Shown here: positions 29,070 through 38,860 of the stretch, in pieces
Numbering within the stretch: the first letter of the stretch is position 1
Layout of the letters: every line of letters begins with the position of its first letter
Source of the DNA: Oligoflexia bacterium
GTDB lineage: Bacteria > Bdellovibrionota_G > JALEGL01
Length of the DNA stretch: 64,000 bases
Assembly (NCBI GenBank): GCA_035326705.1
Contig: DAOLES010000001.1
Location: 116,762 to 180,761 of the forward strand
Reading direction: 5' to 3'
Program-made: the position numbers and the translations under genes
Notes under the pieces: generated by a model
Database searches by the model: none
What the model was told of the DNA's origin: nothing
What the model saw: the letters and a program-made list of their open reading frames with translations, nothing else

Positions 29070-29301
29070 ACATTTGTTTTATTTACGAGGGGGCTGCTAT
29101 GCACAGGATACAATAATAACAGATTGTAACTGTATCTATAGTGGTTTAAAAAATATTTAGGACAAATTATATTTTATGAATACTCAGCTGATCCGGCTTA
29201 CGCCCTCAAGGCTTTCGCTTTTCATAAAATATAAATTTCTCCTCGTGCACCATGACTTTATTAAATGACTATAAAAGCGATTCACCCTAAAAACAAACAA
29301 A

Positions 29302-31506
29302 TCAGTTAAAAATTTCTTTAAAGTTAATATCTTCGCTGGCCAAAGTAATACAGGTTAAGGGTAATTTTTCTGTCTTCTTTCTTAGTGAAGTGTAATAATC
29401 AATGTATGAGTCAACACTCTCTTCTGCTTGAGGAGAGCGCATGCCAAGAAAAACTAAATCTGCTCCGTTAGAGTTTTGTTGAATTACTTCAAATGGATTT
29501 TGATTTTTTTCACAAATAAATACTTCTGGCGTAATATTCAAACGGCCAGACTTTACAAATTGTTTTAAAACTTCTAAAGCTTGCTCTTGATCTTCACCTT
29601 CTCGAGTTGTTGTTTTTAAGAAGATATTGGTTTTGCCTTGAGGAGAGAATTGTTGCATGAGATGAGCTAACGCCAACATTAGATTTGCATTTTGTTGCTC
29701 ACGACCCCACCAGATATCAATCCTTTTTAAAGATAGATGTTGTGATAATTCTAATTCTTCTTTTTCATCATCATTTCTATTTTTTAAAATGAGAACATTT
29801 TTTTCTTTTCTGTAACAAGATTGTATTAAAGAAATATAATCAGGTAAGTTTTCATCTTTATCACAATCACCAAAAAGTATGGTGTTGGGTCTAATAGGGC
29901 CCATGCCGTAACTAAAAATACTGTTTTTTATACTTTTCCAAGTGTTTTCACCAATCGTAACGGAAACCAAAGCTGATATATGCTTTTTATTTAGAAAGTC
30001 TTTGATTGATTTTTCAAGTTGAACACTTCTGTCATCAGTAAACTTATCACCAGTAATGCTGGCACCAAGGCTCAAAAAACCTTTATCTTTAGTAAGCATG
30101 TTTGCAAATTGAACAAGAGACCAACGACTTTTGGGTGAGCCAGTAAGAGCATAAATATTGGGTCGCCATGAACGTGCATCCGGTTCCATACCGTCAAGCC
30201 TATAAATAGCATTTCTGACCACGCTCATCCATAAACCTCTTCTAATATCAGACCAATGACTGCCTAAATTTCTTTTTTTTGTGATGATATAAATGCTAGC
30301 AACACAAGCTATTGCAATAAAAGTGGCGCCAGCATTAATCATAAGCATGGCTGCCAAACAACCAATAGCACCAAACAAACTGGTTAGAAAATGAGTTTTA
30401 AACTCAGGACGCCATGATGGGTTGCCCATCAATTGTTCAAAAGCAGCAGATAAATTAAGAAAACCATATGAAGTTAAAAAGAACATAGATAAAATGGATG
30501 CAATTGCATTTAGGTCACCCAAGAAAAAAACACAGGCAGCAACAAGTAAAGAAAAAAATGTGGCACGTTGGGGGATGTCTTTTTCATCTGAGCCTTTAGC
30601 AAAAAATGAAAAAACAACTCTATCTTTTGCCAATGCTTGCAAAGTTCTTGGGGCACCTAGCATTGCACCCAATGCACTTGATAAAGTTGACCCCCATAAT
30701 CCCAAGATTACAAACAAAGGAATCAAGGCGACTGTTTTAATAATAAGGGAATCGCTTAATAAAACATCATTTGTAAGGTCTAAACTATCTAATTTAATGA
30801 CGAATAGTGCATAAACGATGAATCCAGTAATGACAGCCAATAGAGTGCCAATAGGTAATGCCTTGGAAGCATTTTTTAAATCACCTGACATGGATAAACC
30901 GGCTTCTATACCCGTAACGGCAGGAAAAAAAACCGCAAATACTGCCCAAAAAGAAGCTTTGGGTTGAATCAGAGTGTCAAGGCTAGAGCTATAACTGGTA
31001 TCTTGCCCAAGAAAAAATGATGCAATCGATATTGCAATCAAAACTAAAATGATGCCCTGAGTTCTTAATGCAAAGTCAGTAGATTTATAAGCTGTAAAGC
31101 CTGTCAGACCAAGAAATAAAAGCTTTAGTGGAAGCTCAGGAATAAAGGGAAATAACATTATGACTGACTCAGCAAAACCTGTGATATAAAAGGCAATGCC
31201 TAAGCTTTGGGCAAAAAATAAAGGTATTCCAACTGCAGCACCTGCTTCAAGACCAAATGATCTTGAGATCATGAAGTAAGCACCGCCACCTTCAATTTTC
31301 ATGTTTGTGGCTGTAGAAGCAATGGATAGAGCTGTTAGAAATGTTATTAAGGATGATAAAGTTACAATAATTAAGGAGGACACTAACCCTACTTGTCCCA
31401 ACATCCAACCCATTCTTAAGAACATAACTGCACCAAAAATAGTCAGTATGCTTGGAATATAAACACCCTTTACCCAGCCAAATTTTTGTTTGTTATCTGT
31501 CAGCAT
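29302..31506 (-). CDS. SLC12-like cation-chloride cotransporter family protein (APC superfamily) with C-terminal cytoplasmic domain
   Basis: N-terminal KFGWVKGVYIPSILTIFGAVMFLRMGWMLGQVG matches the SLC12 (NKCC/KCC) signature. 12 TM plus ~300-aa soluble C-domain. Confidence 0.7.
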   Translation of the reverse strand: MLTDNKQKFGWVKGVYIPSILTIFGAVMFLRMGWMLGQVGLVSSLIIVTLSSLITFLTALSIASTATNMKIEGGGAYFMISRSFGLEAGAAVGIPLFFAQSLGIAFYITGFAESVIMLFPFIPELPLKLLFLGLTGFTAYKSTDFALRTQGIILVLIAISIASFFLGQDTSYSSSLDTLIQPKASFWAVFAVFFPAVTGIEAGLSMSGDLKNASKALPIGTLLAVITGFIVYALFVIKLDSLDLTNDVLLSDSLIIKTVALIPLFVILGLWGSTLSSALGAMLGAPRTLQALAKDRVVFSFFAKGSDEKDIPQRATFFSLLVAACVFFLGDLNAIASILSMFFLTSYGFLNLSAAFEQLMGNPSWRPEFKTHFLTSLFGAIGCLAAMLMINAGATFIAIACVASIYIITKKRNLGSHWSDIRRGLWMSVVRNAIYRLDGMEPDARSWRPNIYALTGSPKSRWSLVQFANMLTKDKGFLSLGASITGDKFTDDRSVQLEKSIKDFLNKKHISALVSVTIGENTWKSIKNSIFSYGMGPIRPNTILFGDCDKDENLPDYISLIQSCYRKEKNVLILKNRNDDEKEELELSQHLSLKRIDIWWGREQQNANLMLALAHLMQQFSPQGKTNIFLKTTTREGEDQEQALEVLKQFVKSGRLNITPEVFICEKNQNPFEVIQQNSNGADLVFLGMRSPQAEESVDSYIDYYTSLRKKTEKLPLTCITLASEDINFKEIFN

Positions 31507-31526
31507 AATTGTTTTAATGTATAGTC

Positions 31527-32969
31527 TTACAAAAGTTTTATTTTAAGATCAAACAGTTCTTCAAATGATTTTTTTATTTGATCAAATTGTTTTTGTTGCA
31601 AAAAGCTTGTTATTGGAATTTTTATTAAAAATGTTTTTTTAGAAATTTTATAATTTTTAATCCATTGTGGATTTTTATCAAAGCACCAAAGAAAGAGTTT
31701 TAAAGCAATAGCAATTTTTTTATATGTATATGTTTCTTTTTTTTGAGGTTTAATCGCGGTCATCTCAAGCATTAATTTAAAAATAGAAACAATAGAAGAG
31801 TAGTCATTTTTAGAATTATAAAAAGGGAAATCTTGTGCCAGAGCTTGGTAATCAGAAAAACGGTAAGTTGGTTTTTTTGAATTGCAGATTAAGCCAATGA
31901 CAAGAGCAATCATGGATAGGTTGATCAAGTCTTTATCCGCATCCAATAATTTTTTAAAAAGTTTATTAAATAGAACTAAGGATTGTCTTTGATATGGGGA
32001 TAAAATATGATGTTTAAAAAATGAAGAAGAAAAATCAATGTTTTGTACTTTGACATATTTAGTTTTTTTAGTTTTTAGAGTTAGATTGAGTAAACCTTCT
32101 TTCAAGGCAATATCTGTGTAGCGCAAGCTTGCACAATTAAAAAACTTTAAAATTTCATCTAGAAGTATGTTGCCTCCGGTGAACATATCAATTCTTTTTT
32201 CTTCTAAATAAGGAACTTTTTTGAGCTGTTCGTAGCTATAGGTAGAAGTTTTTTTAATTAATTTTGATAAGCTGTTAGGAGAGCATTTTTTATCAATATA
32301 GTCACCACTATTTAATACTTTAACAATACCTTTGACCGTTCCACTTGAACCGTATGCTTCTAATGAGCTTACTTTTGGCCATTTAGCTAAATGTTTTTTT
32401 AAATAACCAGTGATATGATCTTGAAACAGTTGAAGTTCTTGAGTAGAGGGGGGAGAGCTTTTAATAAATTGTTCTTTAATCAAAGATGATCCAAGAGGAA
32501 TGCTATGATGAAATACTTTTGATTTATTGTTGAGAGTAATTTCAGTGCTGCCACCGCCAATATCTACACATATAAAATTTTGTTGTTGAGGTTGGTTAAT
32601 GTGTTGTTTTAGCCCTTGATAAATAATTTTTGCTTCTTGATGGCCACTAATTTCAATTAGTTTAATGCTAGAATTTTTAAAAACTGCATTGATAAGCAGT
32701 TTCTTATTTTTTGCTTGTCTTACAGCAGCGGTAGCATAAGCATAAGTTTGATCAACACCCAAGCTTTGGCAAATTTGATTAAAATGTTTAAAAACTTGGA
32801 CTGTGTTATGAATGGTTGGCTTAGAAAAGTAACCTTGAGAAAAAACATCTTTTCCTAGTTTAATCATCAGTTTTTCACTGTACAGTTTTTGGTAATCTAG
32901 ATTGCCGTACAGTTGGTAAACATCAAATCTTACGGAATTACTGCCAAGATCAATAATGCTGAGTCTCAT
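31527..32969 (-). CDS. Ppx/GppA-family phosphatase (exopolyphosphatase / guanosine pentaphosphate phosphohydrolase-like)
   Basis: N-terminal IDLGSNSVRFDVYQ and DIGGGSTE actin-like ATPase motifs. 4-nt start/stop overlap with the upstream MFS gene. Confidence 0.7.
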   Translation of the reverse strand: MRLSIIDLGSNSVRFDVYQLYGNLDYQKLYSEKLMIKLGKDVFSQGYFSKPTIHNTVQVFKHFNQICQSLGVDQTYAYATAAVRQAKNKKLLINAVFKNSSIKLIEISGHQEAKIIYQGLKQHINQPQQQNFICVDIGGGSTEITLNNKSKVFHHSIPLGSSLIKEQFIKSSPPSTQELQLFQDHITGYLKKHLAKWPKVSSLEAYGSSGTVKGIVKVLNSGDYIDKKCSPNSLSKLIKKTSTYSYEQLKKVPYLEEKRIDMFTGGNILLDEILKFFNCASLRYTDIALKEGLLNLTLKTKKTKYVKVQNIDFSSSFFKHHILSPYQRQSLVLFNKLFKKLLDADKDLINLSMIALVIGLICNSKKPTYRFSDYQALAQDFPFYNSKNDYSSIVSIFKLMLEMTAIKPQKKETYTYKKIAIALKLFLWCFDKNPQWIKNYKISKKTFLIKIPITSFLQQKQFDQIKKSFEELFDLKIKLL

Positions 32970-34198
32970 TGTATATCCTCTTTATGAAGCTCATCCAAGT
33001 TCCATAAACTTGGGAATAATTTTTTCCATGATAGTGCAATTAAAATTGTGCCTATACCTCCCAATGCAGCCGCCCAAATTGTACCAAACCATTTTGCGGT
33101 TATACCAGATTCAAATTCTCCTAACTCATTGGATGCTCCAATAAACATGAGGTTGATGGCACTTATTCTACCACGCATGTTTGAAGGAGTTAAAACTTGT
33201 ACCAAGGTTCCTCTGGTAACAACGCTGATAATATCACTTGCTCCCATACAAAATAAGAAAAAAATACTTAAGATAAAGGATTTAGACAAAGCAAAGCCTA
33301 AAGTAAATAGCCCAAAACATAATACTGCAAGTAACATACGTTTCCCAATATTACGTTTAATAGGTTTGTAACTTAATAATATTGCCATTAAAGTTGCTCC
33401 AAGAGCAGGGGCACTTTTTAAAACACCTAAACCTTGAGGCCCAACGTGTAAAATGTCTTTTGCATAAATGGGGAGAAGTGCCGTTGCACCACCAAGCAGT
33501 ACTGCAAATAAATCAAGAGATATAGCCCCCAAAAGTCTTGATTCTTTTTTTAGAAAAATAAAACCTTCTTTGATCTGATTAAAAAAAGAGCTGCTTAAGG
33601 CTTGACTTATAGAAGAGCTTTCAATGCTAATAAAGCAAAGTAAGGATAAGAATAAAAAAACACCAGAAATGAGATAAGTCATGTAAATTGCATTGATAAA
33701 GTAAGCATACAAAAATCCTCCTAACGATGGGCCTATAATGATAGCAATTTGCCATGCCGAGCTTGTTTTTGCTACATGTTGAGAAAATTCATTTTTTGCA
33801 ACAATATTGGGTAAAAAAGATTGGGTGGCGGCACCAACAAAAGCTCTTACAACTCCCAAGGCAGTCATTAAAAGGTAGATAGCATTTTGATTTAAATTGT
33901 TGTTGTAACTTAGACCAGCTAAAGCAAATGATATGCAGGTACCAAAAAAAAAGCATGTTCTAATGATGTTTTTTTTATCGTACTTATCTGCGCAGGTTCC
34001 AGCATAGGGAGAAAAAAATGCCATCGGCAAAAACTGACTTAAGCCAATATAGCCTAGGCTTAAAGGGTCTGAAGTTAAATCATAAATAAACCAAGCAATA
34101 GCAAGGGACTGTATTTGAAAGGATATAACAGAAAAAAACCTTGCAACAATAAACTTAATGAAGTCAAGGCGATGCGTGGTATCTGCAAATGATTTCAT
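32966..34198 (-). CDS. MFS transporter (EntS/MFS_3-like efflux)
   Basis: 12 TM. MFS motif-A-like loop GTCADKYDKKNIIR. Confidence 0.75.
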   Translation of the reverse strand: MKSFADTTHRLDFIKFIVARFFSVISFQIQSLAIAWFIYDLTSDPLSLGYIGLSQFLPMAFFSPYAGTCADKYDKKNIIRTCFFFGTCISFALAGLSYNNNLNQNAIYLLMTALGVVRAFVGAATQSFLPNIVAKNEFSQHVAKTSSAWQIAIIIGPSLGGFLYAYFINAIYMTYLISGVFLFLSLLCFISIESSSISQALSSSFFNQIKEGFIFLKKESRLLGAISLDLFAVLLGGATALLPIYAKDILHVGPQGLGVLKSAPALGATLMAILLSYKPIKRNIGKRMLLAVLCFGLFTLGFALSKSFILSIFFLFCMGASDIISVVTRGTLVQVLTPSNMRGRISAINLMFIGASNELGEFESGITAKWFGTIWAAALGGIGTILIALSWKKLFPSLWNLDELHKEDIQ

Positions 34199-34277
34199 AG
34201 GGCTTTTAATACAAACAAAATAAATTGAACAAAAAAGTTGAATAATTTCCCAGTCTTTGCTTTTGTAAAAAACATTA

Positions 34278-34805
34278 ATGAAAGCTTATATTCAATTTAT
34301 ATTACTTATACCAATTTTTTCCATCATTGGGGTACTTTATCCATCAACAACAGAAAAAATTAATAATGATAATTATTACAATGTAGGTGTGGGTGACGTT
34401 GAACTCGATTTAAAGCTCAATAGTAGCTTTTATGGTGATAATGCGGGGCCAAGTGTTTTCACCTTTCAAGTTGGAGGCAACTATTTTATATCTAAAAACT
34501 TGGCTCCGGGGATTGAACTGTTTATACAAGATGTAGATAGTCAGTCACAATTTAGAGTCTTACCCAATATTAAACTTTATCTTCCTGATCATGACCGAAT
34601 CTTACCCTATGCGCAAGTAGGCTTAGGTGTAGCCAATGTGCCGCAAGGAGGTGGGCTAAATTTAAGGCTGGGTGCTGGGGTCAACTACTTGTTGACGCGT
34701 TCTGTGGCAATAGGACTTTCACTGCAATATGATTTTTTAATGTCTGATGAGGCACTTCATCGTATAGAGATACCCGTAGGGTTTCATTTTTATTTTAAAT
34801 ATTAA
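34278..34805 (+). CDS. Small outer-membrane beta-barrel protein (OmpW/OmpA-like 8-strand)
   Basis: Signal peptide. Alternating hydrophobic strands. Aromatic C-terminus GFHFYFKY. Confidence 0.45.
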   Translation: MKAYIQFILLIPIFSIIGVLYPSTTEKINNDNYYNVGVGDVELDLKLNSSFYGDNAGPSVFTFQVGGNYFISKNLAPGIELFIQDVDSQSQFRVLPNIKLYLPDHDRILPYAQVGLGVANVPQGGGLNLRLGAGVNYLLTRSVAIGLSLQYDFLMSDEALHRIEIPVGFHFYFKY

Positions 34806-34846
34806 ATGGCTGACTTTATAGTCTAAAAAGGTAAGGAAAAGTAAAT

Positions 34847-36382
34847 ATGGGAAAAAACAATAGAGAGTCATGGGGATCTAAATTAGGCGTTATCATGGCC
34901 GTTGCAGGCTCAGCAGTTGGTTTGGGGAACTTTTTAAGGTTTCCTGGGCAAGCTGCCCAAAACGGTGGTGGAGCATTTATGATTCCATACTTTGTTTCTC
35001 TCTTGCTGATAGGCATCCCTTTGGCTTGGGCAGAGTGGACCATGGCAAGATACGGTGGGCTAAAAGGTTTTCATAGTGCTCCAGGCGTTTTTCAAAGCTT
35101 GTGGAAAAATAGAATTTCTAAATATTTAGGGTCTTTGGCCATACTGATTCCTTTGGTTATTTTTATGTACTATGTTGTGATTGAGGCTTGGTGCTTAAGT
35201 TACGCCCTAGATTATCTAAGTGGAAGTTTAATGAAAGGCAACGATGCCAAAGCTTACAGCGATTTTTTTGCGCAACAGGTTGGTATTTCTGCAGATGGTG
35301 CTCTTTTTCATGGTGGTAGTATTAAGGTTATTTTAGTCTTAGCATTTACCTTTGCCTTTAATTTCTTTTTGATTGCAAAGGGACTCATGTCCGGTATTGA
35401 GCGTTTTGTTAAAGTCGCCATCCCCATTATGACAGTGTGTGCATTATGTGTCCTGATTAGAGTATTGACCTTAAAGACACCTGATCCAAGCTTACCTGAG
35501 CAGTCTGTTATTGGTGGTTTAGGTTTTATGTGGAATCCAAACTTTTCTAAGCTTACAGACCCTCAAACATGGTTGGCAGCAGCCAGCCAAATCTTTTTCA
35601 GTTTATCAGTTGGTTTTGGGGTTATCATTAATTACGCCAGTTACCTGAGAGAAAAAGATGATGTAGTTTTAAGTGGCTTGACTGCGTGTAGCATGAACGA
35701 GTTTTTTGAAGTTTGTCTTGGAGGATTAATTACACTACCGGCTGCATTTATCTTTATGGGAGCAGGTTTGGCGAGTGTTTCTGGCTCTACCTTTGGTTTA
35801 GGTTTTAATGCTTTACCTAATGTATTTGCACAAATGCCCGCAGGTCAGTTTTTTGGCTTTTTGTGGTTTTTTATGCTGTTTTTAGCGGCGGTGACCAGTA
35901 GTTTGTCTATGATTCAGCCTGTATTTGCCTTTGTAAAAGAAATTGGGGTTGAACATAAAAAAGCCATTAAAAGCGTTGCCTTGGTCAGTGCCATTGGTGC
36001 AGGGTTTGTTGTGTATTTTTCTAAAGATCTAAAAGCTCTGGACACCATGGATTTTTGGGTTGGAACCTTTTTAATTTTTGTTTTAGCCATGATTCAGTCT
36101 ATTATTTTTGCTTGGATCTTTGGTGTGGATAAAGGGTTTGAAGAAGCCCATAAAGGTGCCAGCATCAATATTCCAGGCTTTGTTAAACCTATTTTAAAGT
36201 ATGTTACACCCATCTATTTATTGGTTATATTTATTGGCTTTTCAATCAATAATGCGCCAGCATATTTTAAAAGCTTGGTTAGCGATGGAATTGCTGGGGT
36301 AAGTGTTGCTTTTATTGGCGTGATTTTGGCCGGCATTTTGTTTTTAATACATAAACACCGAAAATTATGGGAACAGATATAA
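34847..36382 (+). CDS. Neurotransmitter:sodium symporter (NSS/SNF) family transporter
   Basis: N-terminal [25 protein letters not shown] is the canonical NSS TM1 signature. Confidence 0.9.
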   Translation: MGKNNRESWGSKLGVIMAVAGSAVGLGNFLRFPGQAAQNGGGAFMIPYFVSLLLIGIPLAWAEWTMARYGGLKGFHSAPGVFQSLWKNRISKYLGSLAILIPLVIFMYYVVIEAWCLSYALDYLSGSLMKGNDAKAYSDFFAQQVGISADGALFHGGSIKVILVLAFTFAFNFFLIAKGLMSGIERFVKVAIPIMTVCALCVLIRVLTLKTPDPSLPEQSVIGGLGFMWNPNFSKLTDPQTWLAAASQIFFSLSVGFGVIINYASYLREKDDVVLSGLTACSMNEFFEVCLGGLITLPAAFIFMGAGLASVSGSTFGLGFNALPNVFAQMPAGQFFGFLWFFMLFLAAVTSSLSMIQPVFAFVKEIGVEHKKAIKSVALVSAIGAGFVVYFSKDLKALDTMDFWVGTFLIFVLAMIQSIIFAWIFGVDKGFEEAHKGASINIPGFVKPILKYVTPIYLLVIFIGFSINNAPAYFKSLVSDGIAGVSVAFIGVILAGILFLIHKHRKLWEQI

Positions 36383-36432
36383 TTAATAAATAAGTTTATT
36401 GGCTTGCTATACAACGTATTGAAGGAGATGTT

Positions 36433-36522
36433 ATGACATTAGGTGGCTGGATAATGATGAGTTTATCGATATCAACAGTGTTAATATTGATTAGTTTTTG
36501 TTTGTATAAAGTGTTTAAATAA
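36433..36522 (+). CDS. 29-aa hydrophobic micro-ORF (MTLGGWIMMSLSISTVLILISFCLYKVFK) with GAAGGAG RBS, upstream of nupC
   Basis: Hand-translated. Below the ORF-track length cutoff. Strong SD 5 nt upstream. Single predicted TM helix. Confidence 0.3.
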   Translation: MTLGGWIMMSLSISTVLILISFCLYKVFK

Positions 36523-36533
36523 AGGGTTGGAAA

Positions 36534-37823
36534 ATGTTGTATAACTTAGTGTCTTTATTGGGTATAGTCGGTATTATTGGTATCGCATGGTTGATGTCAA
36601 ACAATAAAAAAGCATTTCCATGGCGTCAAGTTCTGTGGGGATTAGGCTTACAATTTCTCATTGCCATTTTTGTTTTTGTTTTGCCTGTAGGTAAAACTTT
36701 ATTTCTTTGGATGAATGATTTAGCGGTGACTTTAATTGGATACGCTACAGAGGGCGGAAAATTTGTTTTTGGTGGTTTGGCAACCCGTAGTATGGCTACT
36801 AAAGAAGGTGCTGCGCCTGGATCAGATTTTGTGTTTGCCTTTGAAGTTCTGACAACGGTTATTTTCTTTTCCTCATTGATTGGTGTTCTTTATTATATAA
36901 AAGTTATGCAAGTACTGGTTAAAGCTTTTGCTTGGGTGATGCAAAAAACCATGAAAGTATCAGGTGCTGAAGCTTTGACAGCGTCGGCCAATATTTTCTT
37001 TGGCCAGTCTGAAGCCCCTATTGCAGTAAAACCTTATATTCCTAAGATGACTCAATCAGAAATCATGTCCATGATGACAGGTGGATTTGCTACCGTTGCT
37101 GGCGGTGTTATGGCAGCGTATATTGGAATGCTACATGAGGTGTTTCCAAACATTGCAGGACATTTGATTTCTGCATCGGTTTTATCTGCTCCAGCAGCAT
37201 TGATGCTAGCCAAGGTAGTTTTTCCTGAAACTGAAAAACCCTTAACTCAAGGTGAAGTTGCTATGAATGTAGAAACTGAAGATGTGAATGTTTTGGATGC
37301 AGCGGCTACAGGAGCTGCCTCTGGATTACACTTAGCTTTAAACATTGGCGCCATGTTGATAGCTTTTATGGCTTTATTGGCTATGATTAATGCCATTATT
37401 GGTTACTTTGGCTCTATGCTAGGCATTGATAGTTTAAGTTTGCAAAAAATCTTGGGTTGGACGCATTACCCTATTGCTTTGATGATGGGGGTTTATCCTC
37501 AGGATGCCATGACCGTAGCAACGCTTCTAGGAGAGAAGTTGATCTTAACAGAATTTGTGGGTTACTTAAACTTGACTCATATTTTAAAGGAAGGTGTGAT
37601 TCAATTGCATCCTAGGTCAGTTGTGATTGTAACCTATGGCTTATGTGGCTTTGCTAACTTTGCTTCCATCGCGATTCAAATTGGCGGTATAAGAGCAATT
37701 GCCCCTAGTAGATCTTCTGACTTAGCTAAGTTAGGTTTAAAAGCGATGTTTACTGGGGCACTGGCAGCCTATTTAACTGGAAATATTGCTGGGATCTTTT
37801 TTTCTGGTAATACTATTTTATAG
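36534..37823 (+). CDS. nupC: Concentrative nucleoside transporter NupC family
   Basis: CNT family length and topology. Nucleoside_tran N and C regions (…GGFATVAGGVMAAYIGM…). Confidence 0.85.
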   Translation: MLYNLVSLLGIVGIIGIAWLMSNNKKAFPWRQVLWGLGLQFLIAIFVFVLPVGKTLFLWMNDLAVTLIGYATEGGKFVFGGLATRSMATKEGAAPGSDFVFAFEVLTTVIFFSSLIGVLYYIKVMQVLVKAFAWVMQKTMKVSGAEALTASANIFFGQSEAPIAVKPYIPKMTQSEIMSMMTGGFATVAGGVMAAYIGMLHEVFPNIAGHLISASVLSAPAALMLAKVVFPETEKPLTQGEVAMNVETEDVNVLDAAATGAASGLHLALNIGAMLIAFMALLAMINAIIGYFGSMLGIDSLSLQKILGWTHYPIALMMGVYPQDAMTVATLLGEKLILTEFVGYLNLTHILKEGVIQLHPRSVVIVTYGLCGFANFASIAIQIGGIRAIAPSRSSDLAKLGLKAMFTGALAAYLTGNIAGIFFSGNTIL

Positions 37824-37855
37824 AATCATGAGCTGATTAAAAGCACGACTCTCAT

Positions 37856-37893
37856 AAAAAAAGCCTATGCAGTTTTCAGTGCATAGGCTTTTT
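37856..37893. terminator. Bidirectional rho-independent terminator (A7-AGCCTATGCA-GTTTTCAG-TGCATAGGCT-T4/5), copy 1
   Basis: 10-bp perfect stem, 8-nt loop, A-tract 5' and T-tract 3'. Lies between convergent nupC and deaminase genes. Confidence 0.75.
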
Positions 37894-37923
37894 ATTGATG
37901 ATAACGTTAACTATTCAGCTTTA

Positions 37924-38742
37924 CTAATTTGATCCAAGCTTGGCATCAATTTCCTCACGAGTTGTAGAAAATATTTTTTCACTGAGGTTTATAAGATCTT
38001 TATCATCCGTTGAGAGTTGCTTAAAACTAAGATTTTGACCGCCAGCAATCCATTGCCATACAAATGGGTTGTATTTGAATTTTTCGCCAATCGCCATGGC
38101 ACCAGCATTTGAGGTTTTTTGAAGGGAATCTTTCCCTAAGAACTCATTTTGAACCAGATCACCATCTATGGCGGATGAAATAGATAGATTTGCTTTAGCA
38201 TTGATAATCATCACCATACACATGGGACAAGGCTCTAAAGTTCCATAAACGTAATAGCCATCTTTACTAAATTGTTGAGTGCCTTTGTTTGTATTGACAG
38301 GGTAACTGGTAACAGGCTCAACTAGGTTAGATCGAGCTATGTTTTCTTCACTCATTTCAAGATTGTATTGGTTTTTGCCATTATTTAAGTAATGTTTATA
38401 GGCAACTGCATCTTCTAAAGCTCTTGCTTCGGCATGGTCAGTTATACCAGGGCCTGTTACCATTGCGTTACGTCCGGGAAACTCATAAATAACACCATCA
38501 TTAACTAAAAGTACAAGGGCACCAATACCGTAGTTACCTTCATTAAAGGCCGCTAAAGCTGAAGCCAATGCTTTTCTTGCGTAGTAAGCATGTTGCCCAA
38601 TTTGATAAGTATTTATTGTTTTTGCTAAGTAACGCTCAACTTGATTAGCTATATGTACATCGTCAGTATTGGTTTGAGCAATAGCAGATTGATGACTGAA
38701 AATTAGAAAACAAATGCTAAATAATAAAGATAGTTTTTTCAT
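37924..38742 (-). CDS. Secreted (Sec signal peptide) cytidine/deoxycytidylate-deaminase-fold zinc enzyme
   Basis: Signal peptide MKKLSLLFSICFLIFSHQSAIA. HAE (…DHAEARALE…) and PCxxC (…EPCPMCM…) CDA-fold zinc motifs. GGGGG RBS 8 nt upstream of the chosen ATG. Confidence 0.65.
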   Translation of the reverse strand: MKKLSLLFSICFLIFSHQSAIAQTNTDDVHIANQVERYLAKTINTYQIGQHAYYARKALASALAAFNEGNYGIGALVLLVNDGVIYEFPGRNAMVTGPGITDHAEARALEDAVAYKHYLNNGKNQYNLEMSEENIARSNLVEPVTSYPVNTNKGTQQFSKDGYYVYGTLEPCPMCMVMIINAKANLSISSAIDGDLVQNEFLGKDSLQKTSNAGAMAIGEKFKYNPFVWQWIAGGQNLSFKQLSTDDKDLINLSEKIFSTTREEIDAKLGSN

Positions 38743-38860
38743 TGTAAACCCCCAATTCAATTATGGTTATATTGAAGTCTTAATAGCAGGTTATATGTGA
38801 TGCTTCAAATGAAAATGATTAAAAATTAGCTCTAGGTTGTGTTTTAAAGGCTTACAATAT

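Noticed and set aside
28423-33371. ORFs 28423-28683 (-, in hipA), 30422-30814 (+, in SLC12-like), 32956-33144 and 33048-33371 (+, in MFS)
   Set aside because: Antisense to supported genes. No RBS.
34816-36414. ORFs 34816-35043 (-) and 36214-36414 (-) overlapping the ends of the NSS transporter gene
   Set aside because: Opposite-strand overlaps of a strongly supported transporter gene.
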